From Salisapilia sapeloensis CBS 127946 (taxonomy: Eukaryota; Protista; Oomycota), in the NCBI GenBank assembly GCA_023334545.1, contig JAADVB010000057.1:20910-84909 (forward strand): a stretch of 64,000 nucleotides of DNA. Reading direction: 5' to 3'. This document shows, in pieces, positions 60,461 to 64,000 of this stretch. The position numbers were made by a program, and so were the translations under genes. The stretch's first letter is position 1; every line of letters starts with the position of its first letter. Under the pieces are notes generated by a model. The model had not been told where the DNA came from. It saw only the letters and a program-made list of their open reading frames with translations, and did not search any database.

Positions 60461-62062
60461 ATGGAAGACGTCCAGCAACGCCTTGAGGCGCTGTCTTTGC
60501 GTTCTGAAGAGCGTTCCTTCTCCTCGCTATGGAGAATGCAGGTCTTGTCCGCCTGCTTCGAGCTGACTGTCACGCACTGCAACATCAAGTATGTACCGTT
60601 GGACGGCGATGAGAAGCCGCTCGATAGTCAGACACGAACGCAGTCCATCTCGTGGGAAGACGTCTTGGGTCTCCACTTTACCAACAACCAAGGGGAACTA
60701 ATCGACCAAGCACCTGAAGCAGGTGAAGGAAAACTAGGTTTCTTTAGCTGCACAAAGACGAAGAAACAGGTTCGGAAGCTCACGGCCACTTTCCTCCAAA
60801 TTCCCTCCTACGCCACGCAAGAAGACCTCGAAACACTCGTGCTGTGGGTCAACTGGATGGCGGATAGTCGCCACAAAGACACGATAGACAACGCTTCCTC
60901 CCTCTCCGACTTGATGGATCACGTTCAAAAGACAGATAAACGCAAATTCTATGTGGTCATTAATCCCAAAGGCGGGTCCGGCAAGGGCGTACACAAGTTT
61001 CACACGCACGTCGCTCCAATCCTTAAACTAGCCAATATCGACGTGGAGACGAAACTCACGGACCATCCAGGTCACGCCTCCGACATTATGCAGTCTATTC
61101 CTCTAAACACGTACGACTGCATCGTGTCCGTTGGAGGCGACGGCTCTCTTTATGAAATGTACCAAGGCCTCATGAGACATGCTGACAGTAAAAACGCTAT
61201 CAAGCAGCCCCTTGCAGTCGTTCCGGCTGGCTCTGGCAACGGACTCGCGTCCTCTCTCCTCTACCCGCACGACGATCATTTTCCTAAACTCAGTAACGTC
61301 GCGTACATGATTGCAAAGGGTAGGCCTCGACCGATTGATATCACTACCATCAAAACGGATGAATATGGTGGAGCGGGTAGTACAAACCCTCCACTCTACT
61401 CTTGTCTGTCAATCGAGTGGGGAATGATAGCTGACGTGGACATTGAAAGTGAGAGCTTGCGGTACCTTGGTGGCGCTCGTTTCGGCGTCAAGTTCTTTGA
61501 TCTGGTCATGTTCCATAATCGCATGTACCATGGCTCGATCTCGTATCTGGATGAAGAGTTGAGTTCGAATCTACCTTCGGTCAACAGCCCGAACGATTTG
61601 TCTGACACATCTCTCGTGGATGCTTTCGAAAACAAGCATGAAAAGAAAGAGAACATGGACGACAGTACGAACGAAGCGAATGAAATCTACCAGACCGAAC
61701 TGCCGGATGGAAATGTCTGGACGACGGTCCGTGGCAAATTCCGTATGATTTGGGGCATGAACGTCGCTTATGCTGCGACGGACGCTTTCGTTGCGCCAGA
61801 TGCGTTGAAAGATGACGGATTGTACCACTTGTTGCTTATCGATGGCGCAGTGACCAAGGCTCAGCTTGCCAGTATGCTGCTGAAATTGGATCATGGCGGC
61901 CATCTTGAAGACTCGCAGAAAGCTCGTATTGTCACGACAAGAGCTTTTGTCCTAGAAATCGAAGACGAAGGAGGTATCATTTGCGTCGATGGTGAGGCTG
62001 TCAAGGGACCAAAGCTACAAGGCCAAGTGCATGCAGGACTGGGACGAATTATCGACTTGTAG
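60461..62062 (+). CDS. SPHK: Sphingosine kinase (DAGK-cat family)
   Basis: VVINPKGGSGKG, SVGGDGSLYE, PAGSGNGLA, ADVDIESESLRYLGGARF and CVDGE. Confidence 0.92.
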   Translation: MEDVQQRLEALSLRSEERSFSSLWRMQVLSACFELTVTHCNIKYVPLDGDEKPLDSQTRTQSISWEDVLGLHFTNNQGELIDQAPEAGEGKLGFFSCTKTKKQVRKLTATFLQIPSYATQEDLETLVLWVNWMADSRHKDTIDNASSLSDLMDHVQKTDKRKFYVVINPKGGSGKGVHKFHTHVAPILKLANIDVETKLTDHPGHASDIMQSIPLNTYDCIVSVGGDGSLYEMYQGLMRHADSKNAIKQPLAVVPAGSGNGLASSLLYPHDDHFPKLSNVAYMIAKGRPRPIDITTIKTDEYGGAGSTNPPLYSCLSIEWGMIADVDIESESLRYLGGARFGVKFFDLVMFHNRMYHGSISYLDEELSSNLPSVNSPNDLSDTSLVDAFENKHEKKENMDDSTNEANEIYQTELPDGNVWTTVRGKFRMIWGMNVAYAATDAFVAPDALKDDGLYHLLLIDGAVTKAQLASMLLKLDHGGHLEDSQKARIVTTRAFVLEIEDEGGIICVDGEAVKGPKLQGQVHAGLGRIIDL

Positions 62063-63237
62063 TCGCTCTTGCATCTCTTTTTTCATTTAAATGTACGTGG
62101 AGCTTACAGTTTAGCAATTTTCGTTTAAATGCCAATCGTCTGCAGGTTCAGATTTTGTTTAAAAAGAGATACAACTGTCTTTGTAAGGCACAAGATGATG
62201 TCAGTCAATTTCGGTGTATCAATACTTGTTTTACAAGCGTATTTAATACCAAGCATGGGTCGACTTTGGTGCTTCACTTTCACTGCGTTTTCTAACCTTC
62301 ATGGCATGTCTGAGTTAATTATAGACTCATTGACCGTGGAAATGTAGCCACTGAAGCCGCATGTATCACCAAGATAATTTCCATCACATGTTTGCTTCAA
62401 GTATCGGGCGTATGCTCAATGTAAAGTGGTATGGTCATTAGGAGGGAGGCATTGAAGTTCGATAATTGTAATGTAGTGATTTTCACTGGAAGCAAATTAT
62501 CAAAGATGGAAAACCTAAGCATGCCTATAACCCTGTTCTGAATGATGATGAGTGCATCCTTATAAAAGGACACCCTCTAATTCACCTTGAACGATACTGG
62601 GTGTATGGTGGTAGTCTTGAATGGCAATGGTAATTGATCGTAACTTGCTGAAAGAGATGGACAATGAAAAATGCATCTAAAGACTTATAGATAGATCCAA
62701 AACCAAACAGTACTTGCATCGGTATCCAACGAATACGCACATATGAATGTCAAATACTGTCGTTTCTAAGCTTAATTTGACTGACGGGGTTCCATCGATG
62801 CAAACGCTAGCAACTGATTACAGCTATGGAAATCTGGACAAATCGGTCTATTCCTTAAATTACCAATCATCAACGGTATGAAGCTACAGACCATCACGGA
62901 CTAACCAAGTTTCCAAAGATCTATGCATGTATCAAATTCGCGATAAGTCGCTTGATATTGTCAGCTCTGCACTCCAGACATGGCAACTATGGTCGTACTT
63001 CAAAGCGAAACACTCCACATGAAATGTACCAAATATACGGGTCGTGTTTAAGAAAGTAGACATATTCTAGCTAATAGAGCATTGGACTTCAAATGAGTTT
63101 TGCTTTGAGCGTATCACTAGTAAATACGGGTAGTTTCTGCCTACAGTTAAAGCTGTAGCTGTATGTCCTGTAGCGCATATAAATAGCTTTATGCTGACAT
63201 GTCTTCCTTGAAAGTGGCATTATGAAGGAAACCGAAG

Positions 63238-64000
63238 ATGAGTGGGAAGCGAGAGGAGAACCCCATCGTCTACTTGGATGTGACTATTGGAGACGAACGA
63301 AGCCAGCTACTTATCGAGGTATTGTCCAAACTCCCGACTTCATTGCTACATCTAATTGTACGTATTCATCCTGTAGCTACGGGCGGATGTAGCACCAAAG
63401 ACGGCCGAGCGCTTCCGAGCTATTTGCGCAAATACAAACAAGTCACAGCCAACGTTTCGGAACTGGTGTTTGGACATCATACACCGCATATACTCTTGAC
63501 ACATTGCTGATGTATCGTGTGCGTGTCAGTCCCATCCACCGCGTGGTATCCGACAAGTTTTGCCAATTCAATGCCTCTCAGGTATGCTGCCGATCCAATG
63601 AAGTATCCTCGTAAACTCATTACCACATGCAACTTTACAGACGGTCGAACAGAAAGCTCCATCCTTTCACTCCGATCCGAGCGATACAACGCCTGACGCG
63701 AGTGACATCTTCGTCGACGAAAACTTCATCTTGAAACACACGGGCGCGGGAGTCTTGTCCTGTGCCAACTCGGGACCAGACTCCAATACGTACAAGTTTT
63801 ACCTCGGCTTTGCGCCGGTACGATTACCACTGCTTTCTTCTCGACGTATGCATGAATAAAGATCAATGTCGTGACGACTGTAGAACCCAAGCTTGAACAA
63901 TAAGCACGTCGTCTTTGGGTGTCTGCTTGGAAAGTCAAGCTTTGAAGCACTGGTAAAGATCCACGAACTCGCCTCTGTAACCGGAACCTCGTCCAAGCCA
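63238..64000 (+). CDS. Divergent cyclophilin-like protein (5 exons, partial at window end)
   Basis: Spliced model (introns 63319-63376, 63466-63529, 63582-63640, 63818-63883) gives [11 protein letters not shown]...[17 protein letters not shown]...CPIHRVV...[24 protein letters not shown]...LNNKHVVFG. Confidence 0.85.

Noticed and set aside
62542-62651. Possible C/D snoRNA (ATGATGA ... CTGA)
   Set aside because: No terminal stem or recognisable rRNA guide was seen, and the boxes are frequent by chance. It would need snoscan to assess.

Overview
Eukaryotic nuclear DNA, most consistent with an oomycete (stramenopile). The evidence is short GT-AG introns (about 40-100 nt), an INR+FPR-like core promoter and an oomycete-typical gene set: two-domain phosphagen kinase, LRR receptor-like TKL kinases, TOS1-like secreted hydrolase, RWP-RK protein and front-end desaturase. 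I can support about 27 protein-coding loci (one a decayed LRR-RLK pseudogene, one cut by the window edge) and 3 tRNAs (Gln-CTG, Ser-CGA, Arg-TCG). I found no CRISPR array, rRNA or recognisable transposon. Housekeeping genes such as CDC48, NOP12, VPS15, NDUFB10-like, SF3A2 and ATG4 are tightly packed, while secreted and receptor genes tend to border longer gene-poor stretches. The most interesting unexplained feature is an intronless 1097-aa secreted protein whose architecture suggests an alpha-helical pore-forming or Tc-like toxin. Next are a thaumatin + TOS1/GH16-like fusion, a GBP-PH fusion, an S/T-Q-cluster coiled-coil protein (IHO1/PRD3/Mer2-like candidate) and a cyclophilin with a substituted active site. 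All family assignments come from motif recognition by eye; no database searches were run.
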